Shown here: piece after piece, positions 37,321-48,906 of the stretch | Position numbering within the stretch: position 1 is the stretch's first letter | Layout: the number at the start of each line of letters is the position of its first letter | Assembly: GCA_010093605.1 (NCBI GenBank) | Contig: MU004199.1 | Coordinates: forward strand, 434,001 to 498,000 | DNA length: 64,000 nt | DNA from: Lophium mytilinum | Lineage: Eukaryota | Direction: 5' to 3' | Translations under genes and position numbers: made by a program | Notes under the pieces: generated by a model | What the model saw: the letters and a program-made list of their open reading frames with translations, nothing else | The model's database searches: none | What the model was told of the DNA's origin: nothing

Positions 37321-37489
37321 ACAACGGCGTGCTACAACAGATTGTATGATAGATACAGCGCTGACTTCACATAGAAGCTGGAGGAAATAAATTAGTTGGA
37401 GGTATATGCCCATTGCTGGTTGTTCTTCTGGCGATGCATCTAATCTGCAGGTGTGGTATGGCCCAGGAATCCGACAACCAAAATCGGTG

Positions 37490-37978
37490 CAGGGCTGCCG
37501 TTCAATCAACGAGTTGACCCGTTGATTGAGTTGATTGACAAAACTGTCAATCAACTCAATCAATTGGCCCTTTGGAAAAGCTTCAATCAATTAATTTAAT
37601 AAGGTCTCGTTAATTAATAGTTAATATTCCGTTAAAGTTATCCTAATATTGCAAGTTTTAGCTACCGGAAGTTGGTAAATCTAGAATTTATATGGGCTTA
37701 CCACTACTACTAACTACCCCGCCGCCGCAATAACGCGCCTAACCTTAGTAGTGCTAAAGAGGGTAGTATAAATAGGGCAACTAAGTAAAAGATGTAAGTT
37801 AAAACCTTAGTAATACCTATATAATTTTGCTAAGGATCTCTTTTTATGCCACGTTAACTAATCAATCACCTTAATTAACGGGTTAATTAATTAATTAACT
37901 TGGAACTCTGCTGACTAAGGCGTCAACTCAATCAACGGCGAGAGGCCAAGGTGATTGATTGATTGAACGGCAGCCCTG
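37490..37978. mobile_element. Non-autonomous hAT-type DNA transposon (MITE-like, 489 bp) with RIP-like interior
   Basis: Perfect 20-bp TIRs CAGGGCTGCCGTTCAATCAA. 8-bp target-site duplication AATCGGTG at 37482-37489 and 37979-37986. Subterminal TCAA/TTGA repeats and a TpA-rich, AT-rich interior. Confidence 0.93.
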
Positions 37979-38089
37979 AATCGGTGTGCACGTCATCATG
38001 CATGCACTAGACCTGGGAACTCCTACCGCTATAGCGTCTTCACTCTGCTTTCTCATCGCTATACAACTTTATTTCCCTGATACTCGGCC

Positions 38090-40150
38090 ATGCCGACCGA
38101 CTTCATATGCGATAATTGCGTGACTTGGACACTAGTGTCATCAAACAGGGTTTCGAATCCGCAGCCGAAGGATATATCCCGCGCTCCTGTAACTCGCTGA
38201 CAAGATGGAGCTGGATGCCGTCGTCACCTTGCCAAATGTGTGAACTCTTCGACCAATGCCAACAGCTCCAATCCCCTATCGTCTCAGATGGCCACTCTTA
38301 TATCACCGCGAAGCTGAGATGGTTACGCTTCTATCAACAGAAGGTGTTCGAGTTTTCTTCTCAAAGACCTCTATTGGAATTTCTTAGCGAGCATACAGCA
38401 GGTATAGAAAAACTGGACTCCATGCATAGAATTCCCGAGCTTTTGATCGGTGTTGATCTTTCTGATTGCACCCTTTCTCGATATAATCGGTTACCAAGCC
38501 GAATAGTCGACCTCGACTACTTGAAGGCACAGCTTCATACTTGCCTGGAAACGCATGCAGAGCTACACACGACGAATATATCGCTACCTGCACCGATACG
38601 TGTATTGAATTGTCGCACGAGGCAATTAGAGTCAGCCCCAGCCGATTGCTCCTATGTGGCGCTCAGCTATGTTTGGGGACCGGATACGAGACGAGGGGAA
38701 AAGGCTCTTCCTAAGACGATCGAGGATGCTGTGAACGTCACTCTGAGTATGGGGTTCGATTACCTGTGGGTTGACGCGTTGTGTATAGAGCAGTCGGTGA
38801 AAGAAGACATGGAAAAACAGCTTCAACAAATGGACTTGGTCTACCGCCTAGCTAAACTTACCATTGTAGCAGTGGCAAGTCCTGATGCACACCATGGACT
38901 TTCCGGGATTACTGCTACACGTCCTAACCGTCAAGCACAATTTGAGATCAATGGCCTCCGTCTTACATCCATCATTTCCAGGCCCTGGGATGAGGTCGAC
39001 AGTTCTCCCTGGAATTCTCGTGGCTGGACCTTTCAGGAGGGCCTCTTCTCCACTCGGTGCCTGCTGTTCACCGAGTCTCAAGTAATCTTAGATTGTCGGC
39101 ACCAATGGCTGTGTGAGAGTATCAATGATCCACAGCCGCCCACAGTTTCTGCCGATGTGGATCACCAATATTGGCGTATACAGCATTCCTTGGATGCCTG
39201 GTCACCCAACAGTCCCGGATGACAGTCCCGGATGGCTAATCTATCATCTAATCACAGCATACACCTGCCGAAACTTGACCCATGACGAGCATATACTGAA
39301 CGCCTTTTGCGGAGTTCTGCAAGCCGCCTTACGGGTGTCGGAACATCCTGTGAACAGCCATTGTGGCATCCCAGTCTTCCCGGGTGACGGTGTTGTTTTG
39401 TCCAGCTTCCTGTTCGGCCTACAATGGGACTCTGGAACTATTTCACGTCAGACATCCAGAAAGCATCGTAGGCGTAATGGCTTCCCATCATGGTCCTGGA
39501 CTGGATTCGTCCAACCAGCTCGCTACAGATATTGGCTCAGCCCAGGGACAAGGTTCTTGCTGAGGGATGGAACAGATGTCAGTGTTGAGTGTCAGTCTGG
39601 AGCCGTCGTCTCCTTATCCGACGTTCTCGAAAGCTCTCCATGGAACAGCCTAGTCACAAGATTCATCATCTTGGAAGCGTGGTCGACGAGGGTGGAACTC
39701 TGTGTGCAACCAGTTTTACCACTCTCGCTGTTGCAAGCATCACTAGAGCCAGAATCGCTGGAGGCAGAATCCCCGGAGCAGAATCGCTGGACACCGATTC
39801 ACTCCAGTCTGAAGATTAATGGCAATAGAACTTTGGCACGACTGTTTGGACGACTCCATGCCTTTCACTTCAACGCGCTGCTGGATGGAGACCTAGATGA
39901 AATGACCATCACGGAGCCTTTGAATTGTGTAGGTGTTTGGTTGGGCTCGATGGAGAATGATGACCGTATTGGCGACAACCTACTACTACTTCGAGAGCAC
40001 GGCGACGGAGGATTTTGGGAGAGATTAGGAATAGTGAATTCGCGATCAAGATGCGGTACAGATAGCATGGACATGGGCCAATATTCAGATTCAACGGGAT
40101 GGGATTCGTATGAACTAACTTTTGAACGGCGGATATTTCGCCTGGGATAG
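38090..40150 (+). pseudogene. HET-domain (heterokaryon incompatibility) gene disrupted by frameshifts
   Basis: HET motifs YVALSYVWG, LPKTIEDA, YLWVDALCIEQ, MDLVY, WNSRGWTFQE and downstream FPSWSWTG. A 13-bp tandem duplication at 39209-39234 shifts the frame. There is also a probable 1-bp deletion near 38119. Confidence 0.85.
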
Positions 40151-40790
40151 ATCATCTTTCTTCCGGTCAAAACCATTCTTGGCACCTTCAAGAGTCCCAC
40201 AATTATAATATGGATGCCGGCTCATGGCTTGCACGTTCCGCCTGGGAAGTGAAGTAGCGTGCCCCGAGCCTGCGCGGGTTTCCTGCTCCTGCAGCCACAA
40301 GTCTCAGCCTTCCAACTCAGCTCCGCAGCGTTAGGTTTCTTCAGCCTTGTGCTTGCCACCAATCACCCGTCCCTACTGCAGATGCATGATGCAATCAAGC
40401 ATGCCCGCGGCCAACCACCATGAGATTGAGGCTGAGGGTTGGCGTTTCGCAACTCTCGCTGCCTACTTTGTTCAGCCTTCTCTCTTCTCTCCCTCATCAA
40501 CACCATTGCTCACCAGCACACTCAGTCGGCACCGTCTCTAATCCTTATCGAGTTTTCCCGATACAAGGGAACTCACGTGGGTACATCGCCCCAGACCAGA
40601 ATTGTCCTCGCTGAATCCGCCAAGGCCCCTCTTTTGCCTTGCTGAGGAACGGGCCCTTCCCGAGCGAAATTTGCGGCATCTTGTTGTGGTTCTCAAGCTC
40701 TGTGTTGATCGAACCAAAATACCTACCTGGACTAGGTTTATCGGAAACGACTCTCGTACTGGGTGCTGTGGACACAGCATTATCTGGACC

Positions 40791-42496
40791 ATGGCAGTAC
40801 CAAGCTGCCCTAGTTTCGCCGGAAATCCCGATCTTTACGGCCTCGGCATCAGACTTGGTGTCTATCTTCAGTGGGTCTCAACTTGGCTCAGCATCTCAAT
40901 CGACCCAGACTCCGCGCAGGAGACTCACGATGCCAACTCGATTTTCGTCTTCGCCATCATTATCGCCGTCATCCAAGCAGCACATCAAAAGAGTATCAAA
41001 CCGGTCGAAGCCCACCTGATGTTGCAGATCTGTTTCGGTTTCTACTTCACAGTATTGAGTATATTAGGGATCAGGCTGCAGCTTCTTGGACCCGGAAGGC
41101 TAGAACGCCTCAACAAATCCCTCAGAAAGCTTCTATCAACGATGACGAAGAAGAACCCAAAACCTGATCCAGGTCTTGACGCTACAGCTACGGCAGATGG
41201 GCCTGCAACTCTTCCGTTCGTAATTCCATACGTGAACATCTATGTTCGCCTCATCTGTGATAGGCTTATGCACTTCAAACCTATAGCGCCGGCGGATATT
41301 CTTCAATTATTACGCGAAGCGGCCGAACCAATACCCACTAGAGTATCCAGAATACCGATCGGAAACCTGTCGTCTCTAAAACACCACTCTCTATCTTGGT
41401 CCGGCGTTCTATGGAGAAGCAGCATTGCAGCCCTATTAGTAGCTTCTGACCTTTGGCTGTGGTATACCGGGATACAGACTCTACCAACTGAATCAGATGG
41501 CGCAAAGTGTATCTCTTCAGTATTCATGTTCTCCCGCCAACCACTGAGACACGCTATGCTTACGTTATATCGGGTCACAGCCATAGCGGGTGCAGCGATC
41601 GTATTCCTTCTCCTACTCTACGTTTTCTTGATCTCGATCCGGTTGTTCCTCTTCTTCATTCTGTGTGTGTACCGACAGATTGTCTTCGACAGCTTTCAAT
41701 TCTTACGCCCGGGCTTCCTAGATCGGCTGCAGCAAAGACATGAAAGCATACGCGCGGTTCTAGAAACGCTAGGACACCTTCGCAAGGTGATCCACACGAC
41801 AGCTTTCAGCTCGTCGCTCGTGAGCGTTCGCAAATTCCTCCGGTTGGACGATTGGGTTCCATTCCTAAACGTCGATTTCTGGTGGGTGCCTTACGATCAA
41901 ATCCCTCGCCTTCCAGATCTCCTCAGAGTCATGGCGTTGCTATCAACCGGCGGCGCATCTTCCGGCCTGCTAAACAAAATCACAGAATCATCACACGGAT
42001 ATAGGTAAGCGTTCTCGACCATCGAAGTACCAGGAACTGACTCTTCCTCTACGCAGACTTCCCTACCAATTGCTATCGATCGCTTGGCATTTCGGGTGGT
42101 GGGAGCGACAGTTTGGTTCATTCTCTCTATTGAGCTTACAATCCAATGGAACGGGATCCAAGGAGTGCACACCCTGCAAGGCGCCGGCCAGCTCATTCCA
42201 TTTATTATTGGCGTAGCGAGCTCCGCAAGGGCTGTCCAACGTATTTGCCTCGTCTTGATCAAAAAGGTAAGTGCCTTCGACGGGGCCGATACTTGCGCTT
42301 ACCTCGGACCTAGAAATATCCGGATTGGGCTTCGGTGGAGCTTGTCGTCCGTGTTGGAGAAGATCCCATAGATATCGATTTCGAAATTGTCAAGCGCGAA
42401 CCCGGGGAAGAAGAGGCTTCGAATAGCACTGGACCACCAACATCAATGATGCAGGGGGTTCCGATGCAAGACTTCTCGACTGGAAGGTGGGGCTAA
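40791..42496 (+). pseudogene. Fungal multi-pass membrane protein (GNPDLYGLGIR...YLQW family), apparently frameshifted
   Basis: N-terminal GNPDLYGLGIRLGVYLQW and C-terminal SIELTIQWNGIQGV...GQLIPFIIG. Introns at 42005-42056 and ~42267-42313. The spliced frame is 1 nt out of register with the conserved C-terminal frame at the G run 42094-42096. Confidence 0.6.
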
Positions 42497-43324
42497 GCAA
42501 AAGACATGGATTACTGCTATAAATCAAGATACCCATGCAATGCCTCTAGGGAAATTGCACACATTTCGAGTATCCCTTGCCGGTCACTCATATCACATTC
42601 CCGCAAGCCCTACATCCTTTCCGGGGTTTAGGAACTCCTCAGGGCATCTCATGCACAAGAAACTCGCTAGAAATACTGTTGGAGTATATAACATCGCTTA
42701 TTTTCCGGTCCCCCTAAAATTAGGCGGGGCGTGCTTTTTCATCCAACAAATACTTCTCGGGAAGGAGCCCTCCCAATCTAGGCCCTCCAGCTCACCACAT
42801 CTCCTCCCAGACCATCGGTCGCCGTCAAGAGAAGCCATGCGGTGGCAGTATCAAGATACTTCTTCATAAGACTACGTTAGTATCTGAGCTCCGTAAGATT
42901 ACAATAATTTCATAGATTTCGACAGACCGTAGATGAACCAAGCGCTGGTACGCAATCAGAACAAGAATTACCATTACGTGAAGTATAAAAGCCTCCAATG
43001 CTTATAGTTCAACCTTCAAACCATCCCAAGGCCTGACTAGGTATCTACCAATCCTCCACTCCTCACCCCCACCACACCCAATCGGGCCAACCCTCCGGCA
43101 CTTTCCACCCCCTTCTTACTGCTGCAACACCACAATATCTCTAACGTGAACCCCACCTTCCTCCAAAACCTCTCCCAAAAGACCGCCCACTCGCACCTTA
43201 GTACCGGTTCTTAGTATCCTAGGGCCTAAATCTGGTCCGAGGATTCTTGAACATGCTCCTTACCTCGTAGGGCTAAGGCTTCTATCCTTCCACACCCTTC
43301 TCTTCTCCAACCTCCTTCTTCTCC

Positions 43325-43550
43325 TTACTCTCCCGCTTGGACCCCAACTTCCCCGCCGCCGGCGCGGACACCAGTCTCGTCGCGCAGGTCAGCGACATTC
43401 ATGCCAACCTTGCCGATGATAACACCCGCTTTCTTGTAAGACACTATGGCGCGCAAATTAAGGTATGACTCGACGTATTCTTCTTCGGTCCTGGACGTTG
43501 GATCGCCGTCCTGGCCATCACCAAGGCTGATCCGGCCTCCGCAGCCATCC
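43325..43550 (-). pseudogene. Isolated fragment of a KH-domain RNA-binding protein gene (Rnc1/Pbp2-like first KH domain)
   Basis: The minus frame reads RTEEEYVESYLNLRAIVSYKKAGVIIGKVGMNVADLRDETGVRAG. It is bounded by stops and has no start codon of its own. Confidence 0.75.
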
Positions 43551-43763
43551 TAGTAACTTCTCTTGCAGTGGCCGCTTCCTGGGAGGGGGAGGGATGGCGT
43601 TGGGCCCCGACCTCCGGCGGCTGAGTCGTTGTGGCTGTTGCACCCTTCCATGCGCGGCCACTGACTGTTCTCTAGCTGGCGCTGGCGAGGCTCGCAAGAT
43701 CTGCTCGTCCGCTTTGCTTAGTTCAGACTTGTCTTCAGCATCTTGCGAGCGGGTTTTTGGCAT
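43518..43763 (-). CDS. Short basic orphan ORF (MPKTRSQ...), possibly the 5' part of a decayed chimeric gene
   Basis: Good Kozak context (GCCACCATG), 81 aa. It overlaps the KH fragment in a different frame. Confidence 0.35.
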   Translation of the reverse strand: MPKTRSQDAEDKSELSKADEQILRASPAPAREQSVAAHGRVQQPQRLSRRRSGPNAIPPPPRKRPLQEKLLGWLRRPDQPW

Positions 43764-44833
43764 GGTGGCGGGCTTGGTGGTGGTGTGGTGGGTATGCGCG
43801 GGTAGTGTTGATGGCGATGGTAGGGTGCTGAGTCTGTATGGGCGTTCGCTGAAGCGTCGTCAGGGTCTATGGCGTTTGGCTGGCGTGCGGTGGAGCTTGA
43901 GTTGAAGTTGAAGGGGGTATTGAGGTTGCTGATGTGGGGGAGCGGGCGGGAGCGGATGGGAGAAGCGACTATCTGGCTGGTGGGAGAGTCTGCTGGGTGG
44001 AAGAGTTGGGTTTAGGCGCGGTGGACGTTGGAACCTGCAAGAAGGGTGTAAAGGCCAGCGCTGTGAATGTCAAGTTGCACCTTGACCGAGCTGCCACGAA
44101 ATAGCGAGGTTACTCTTCGCTATGTTTTCGGTGGAGCGAGAGCCGCCTCATACCTCTTATCTATTCCCTTTCTCGCTACTCGGTACCGTTTACTACGCTC
44201 GCATGTATTCTTTCATTAGAAAGACTGTGCAATGCCGCCCAGTGGAGGACTGGTCCACGTGGGAGTGGTACAAGTCCCCAGAGACCTCGGAAAAATAGCC
44301 CGAACACACCTCCTATTTCATTATTAGGTAGGCTGGCTACACAAGGGACTCGAGCTGATTCTTAACGCAGGAATTGACACTTTCCTAGAGCTCTCACAAT
44401 TGCGTCATTGCTAATTGTTCTTGTGCCCTCTTCACTGGCGGTTCCTTAGCGAGAGGCCGTCCGTCGAGCCGTTGAGAATTTCGAGGAGTCCTTCTGTTAT
44501 TCTAAATCTTAACCCCAGGCAGGACTTTGAAGCCGGGTGGCAACTCTTCTATATTGAAGCTTTGCGTCTACAAATACTAAATCTATTTGACCCCGCTGCG
44601 AGGCACAAAAGGGCAACACTTGTATCGCCAGATGTCCCTAATTGTAGTTCTATCTCGAAATCTTCACCAGATGCTCAACAACCACCTTCACCATGCCTCA
44701 ACTTCACTATTCGTGACGTTTCTTCTGCTTTATATATCTCTCCGTAGCTATGATCGATAACTGACCAGCTTCCTCATTCCTCAGCGTTCATAGCGAAAGA
44801 TTCTTTACTGTCCATTTACTCATTCTCTACACA

Positions 44834-45661
44834 ATGGAAGACACCCCAGACAAGCGCGTGTTGTTGCGAGCATCCCGCGTAGTTCTTGCCTGGTTTTTGA
44901 TGATTTGCCAGAAGACTATGAACGTAGACGTTGAATTTGCCGTAGTGGACAGCGGTTTTGTCCATTCCTTCGGTCGCGAAGTCCCCCCCGGCGTTCGAAG
45001 ATTTGGAGTCCCCCTCGCCCTCGAACTGGACTGGAGATTGCACTTGGCGGTGATATGCGGCTGGAAATGCGACTTCGCGGTCTGCGTAATGGCTGGTGCG
45101 CTGATTTCGCTTCTCGGAGGTATGCAGTTATCCAAGACCATTGAAATCAAGCATAGCTAACGTTAGGTTTTAGGACACGTTCGGACCATCGAAGAGATCC
45201 ACGTCCGCCCAAACCCACGCTGGACGCCCCGCCAATGGTCCCAATTCGGCCTGAAAGACGGCTCGATCTACACCCACACGCTATTCCGCATCGAACTGCA
45301 TAACGGCGAGAAATGGGCCCTAGATCTGTCCGGTTTCCAGCACGGTTGGCGAGATGTCTTGACGCCGTGGGAGCACTTCTGTACCACCAGGATGAAGGAG
45401 GAGTGTTTCCGGCTGGCTAAGGTCGGAGACGAGCTCGCCGAGTGGACTGCCCTGGCCGCCGCATCTAAGCCGGATGCCTTCGGTGTTGAAGTAGACCGGA
45501 TTGTCCGTGAGGCCCTTCGAGCTTGTTTCGGCACCGACAACGACATCGCTAGAAACCGCGTATTTGATATGGCGCACGACGATGACTTTGATGACGTATT
45601 CAAATCGTGCCTCGAGACATTCGAGGATATTTTGGACCGCGAATTGCACCGGTGGTTTTAG
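44834..45661 (+). CDS. Cys-His-Asp transglutaminase/papain-like fold protein, paralog 2 (~257 aa, 2 exons)
   Basis: A phase-1 intron at 45120-45173 (GTATGC...GCTAAC...TAG) joins the two ORFs. Motifs GWKCDFAV, THTLFRIEL and EKWALDLSGFQHGW. Confidence 0.78.
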
Positions 45662-45799
45662 CTTCTTGATTGCGTAGAAAAGCAGTTGGGGTTGGTCAAA
45701 CGGCGTTGAAACGGAGGAGTTAGGTGTTGGACGAGGTGTTGATTTGGCGATTGTAGATGACAAGGTTCCGATTTGTAGTCCCCAAGAGTTGAAGGTTCA

Positions 45800-46550
45800 A
45801 TTGAAAAGTGTTGCTGTTGTTGTTTCCTCACATCTTGATGCCGTTTGACTGCCTTCAGTGACTCGTTAGCAATTGAACATGATGTTAGGTTCTCTAGAGT
45901 TCAGATCGGCTTCGGTGTTGTAACTGCTGTTTTCTCACATGTTGATGCCGTTTGGCTACCTTTAGTAGCGCATTAGTAATTGAAACATGATGTCAGATTT
46001 AATAGAGCTCAGATCGATTCAAAGGCTATTGCTGATGTTTTCATACGTCTTGACGCCGTTTGGCTGCCTTCAGTGGCTTATTAGCAATTGAAACACGATG
46101 TCAAGTTCTATGGAGCTCAAATCGGTTCAAGTGCTGTTGCTGATATTCTCTTATGTCTTGACGCTGTTTGACTGCCTTCATTAGCGTGGTAGCAATTTCG
46201 GCATGATGTTAAGTTTCAGAGAACTCAGATCGGGTCCACTGCTTTTGCTGCTGTCTTCTTACATCTCAACGCCGTTTGACTGCCTTTGGTAATGTCTTAG
46301 CAATCGAGACAAGATGCTAAGCTTTGTAGAGTTCAGATTAGGCCAAGTGCTAATGCTGTTGTTTTCTCCCCTCTTAACACCGTTTGATTGCCCTTGGTGA
46401 TGTGTAGGCATCGAGACATGAAGTCAAGTCTTGTAGAGCTCAGATCGACTTGGGTGCTGTTGCTAACATTTTCCTACATGTCGGCGCCGTTTGACCGCCT
46501 TCAGTGATGTCTTAGAAATCTAGGCAAGATGCAAAGTTCTTGAGAGTTTG
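45800..46550. repeat. Degenerate 108-bp tandem array, 7 units
   Basis: The anchor gccgtttg (or a 1-nt variant) occurs at 45840, 45947, 46055, 46163, 46271, 46379 and 46486 (spacings 107, 108, 108, 108, 108, 107). tagcaat and gagctcagatcg are also conserved. Confidence 0.92.
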
Positions 46551-46599
46551 AAACAGGGAGTCGAGTTTTGAAGTCTACTCCTAAACTACTTACCAACGC

Positions 46600-47270
46600 T
46601 TTGGTTCCAGGGCATGGGTATCTCTCCACTCGGCTCCACTTTTGCTAGTGCCACACCATTGTACGGGGGACCCTAGTTAGCAGGCACTCAACTAGCCAAC
46701 AGGTATTCTAGTTCCTAGGGTTTAGAATCGAGGCTCCCTTTTTATGCTTAAAATCTCAAGGTATGGGTATTTCTCTACCAGGCTCTCACTTTTGCTAGTA
46801 CGACACCACTGTACGGAGGACCCCAGCCAGCAGATAGTCCATCAGCCAAGAGGTGATCCAGTTGCCAGCGTATAGGCTTGAGGTTCATTCTTTATGCTTC
46901 GAGTGTCAAGGTGTAGGTATTAGTCTATCTTGCTCCCACTCTTGCTTGCACAACACCGCTGTACAGAGGACCCCAACCAGCAGGTGATCTAGCGGCCAAG
47001 AGGTACCTTAAACTGTACTGCATCAAGCTTGATGTTATCTATCTTGAAGTGTAATAGTCGCTACATCGATTTTGAGGGTTCCTTAACGTTTCAAGGTACC
47101 TCAAACGGCGGTATTACGCTAGAAAAGCAAAATACGGATTGGTCCAGCACTGGGCCGTTAGTCTAGGGAAAGAGATCTATCACTTCTTAGCTCCAGTCTT
47201 GCTCGCTCAATGCTACTGTGAGGAGGAGCCCAGCTAGTCGGTCGCCAGCCAGTCAGGAGGCAGTCGGATT
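46600..47270 (-). repeat. Degenerate ~150-bp tandem array (3 units plus a displaced unit), inverted relative of the 5060-5700 array
   Basis: Unit starts at 46612, 46761 and 46911 (spacings 149, 150). Core cacttttgct-N-caccactgtacggaggacccc. A fourth core lies at ~47190-47262. Confidence 0.85.
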
Positions 47271-47580
47271 TGTACTGTTCAGTTCTACGTCGCAGATAGC
47301 CACTAAGTTGGAACGTGGACAGACAAGCCGGTTGAACCTAGAGACGCGATGCGCGCAAACCAGACACCACGCGAAGTACGATTAGCTCGAATCTGGAAAC
47401 CCGACCCTACGCATCTGATCATACATGCGCTGTACGTCGCTTGAAAGGTCAGTGGCTGCTTAAATGTAATGCAGAGGCTATACGTACTTAGATGTGGCCC
47501 AGAAATTCCAGAATGCTAGAGCGTGAGGTTTCATCGAGAACCATACGTTTTTGTTATGAACTGCCGGGTTGAAAGACCCT

Positions 47581-48156
47581 TTATGTGATAGACCAATGAG
47601 CATTGAGCACCGGACTATACATCTCGCAGTGGTTGCCTATAGCCCATCGGGTACGAATTAGCGGGCGCTCAGTATGATTCCATGCACCCGCTACGATGCC
47701 TAGCCTGTCCGATTGGGGAGATATGATGACCCGAGACCGTGAATAGAATTGCGCGACGTGTTGCAGTACTGATTCGATGTTTGGACTGACGAAGTGTCCC
47801 CGGTCCCCTGGATGGTAGTAATCGGGTGCCGTGGTGTTCTTGCAGGCCAAGTCAGCTCTGCCGTATCGAACGCTGAACTCGCCCCTGGACAAATTGGCAT
47901 TGCCGGGCATTTTGTCAAGAGACTCGAACAGGGCAGTTCTCAAATCTCACCCGTGGCCGTTCCAAAGCCATTCCGATGCCTCGTGTTTGGCTGGTGGTCG
48001 GCAAACACCAACACGACAGATATCGGCGTCATCCGTTTCATCTGGAAGGAGCTCTAAGTCGACCAAGTTAGACGGATAGTAGTCATTAAGCCAAAGGTCT
48101 AAGGTGGCCCGGGAAATTATAATGCTTTTCAAAACCGTAGGTTTACAAGCTCCCAT
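47581..48156 (-). pseudogene. Possible decayed gene: two collinear ORFs split by one in-frame TGA
   Basis: ORFs 47947..48156 and 47581..47943 share a frame and are separated only by TGA GAT. No family was recognised. Confidence 0.25.
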
Positions 48157-48906
48157 GAAGGATTGAAGAAAGTCCAGGGGTGCTAAGCTATGTTATACGA
48201 GCCTAGCAGATTTTATATTCAGAGTACACCAAGCGGCAACATGAGATCCTCTGGTACAAGAGTGCCAGCTAGTCTACTTTAAGGCCAAACGCACGTGACT
48301 CGCCCAACGCAGAGATTTGGAATAGGAGCAAAGAGCGTCAAGTTCCAAGTAATATAGATCAGAGGTAGAGTAAACGGTGAGCTCGCAGTGACAAATAGCA
48401 GCGTCTTAGTGCACAACTCTCAAGCACCCAGTCACGTGGACTGGAATTGGACGACATCCGGGACCAGGAATACAGCATCGCGGCGTATAACATGTCACGC
48501 TTGCCGCCTTTTCCCATCTTTTCTACCTCCACTTCCCTTCTCATCTACTATATTAGAAGGAATTCACGTACTCTCTCTCTCCGTAAACCGCCTACCATCC
48601 GTTCGATCAAAATTATACAACGCGACTTTTGATGGAACAGATGGTCTCTGGTCCATCAACTGGGGTGTCGTCAAGTTTTCAAATGCCGGGAGGCACCGAT
48701 GACCTCCCATAGGTCGTCAGCTCACGAGGCAGAATGAGGCAAACACCAGCCTTGCGCCGCCGAGGTTGTCCTTAGAATGCACGTTGTGCGGGGTATTCTC
48801 TGGGCAGGCAGACTCGGAGCGATGAAGATGATAAAGAAGGCATACCCCGACACCAGCCCCTTCACACTAAAACACCATCACACAGCTCATCTCTTTTCCA
48901 TCCAGC

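Noticed and set aside
45800..47270. Tandem arrays as a CRISPR array
   Set aside because: Whole units are homologous and degenerate, with no identical repeats separating unique spacers. There are no cas genes and the context is eukaryotic.
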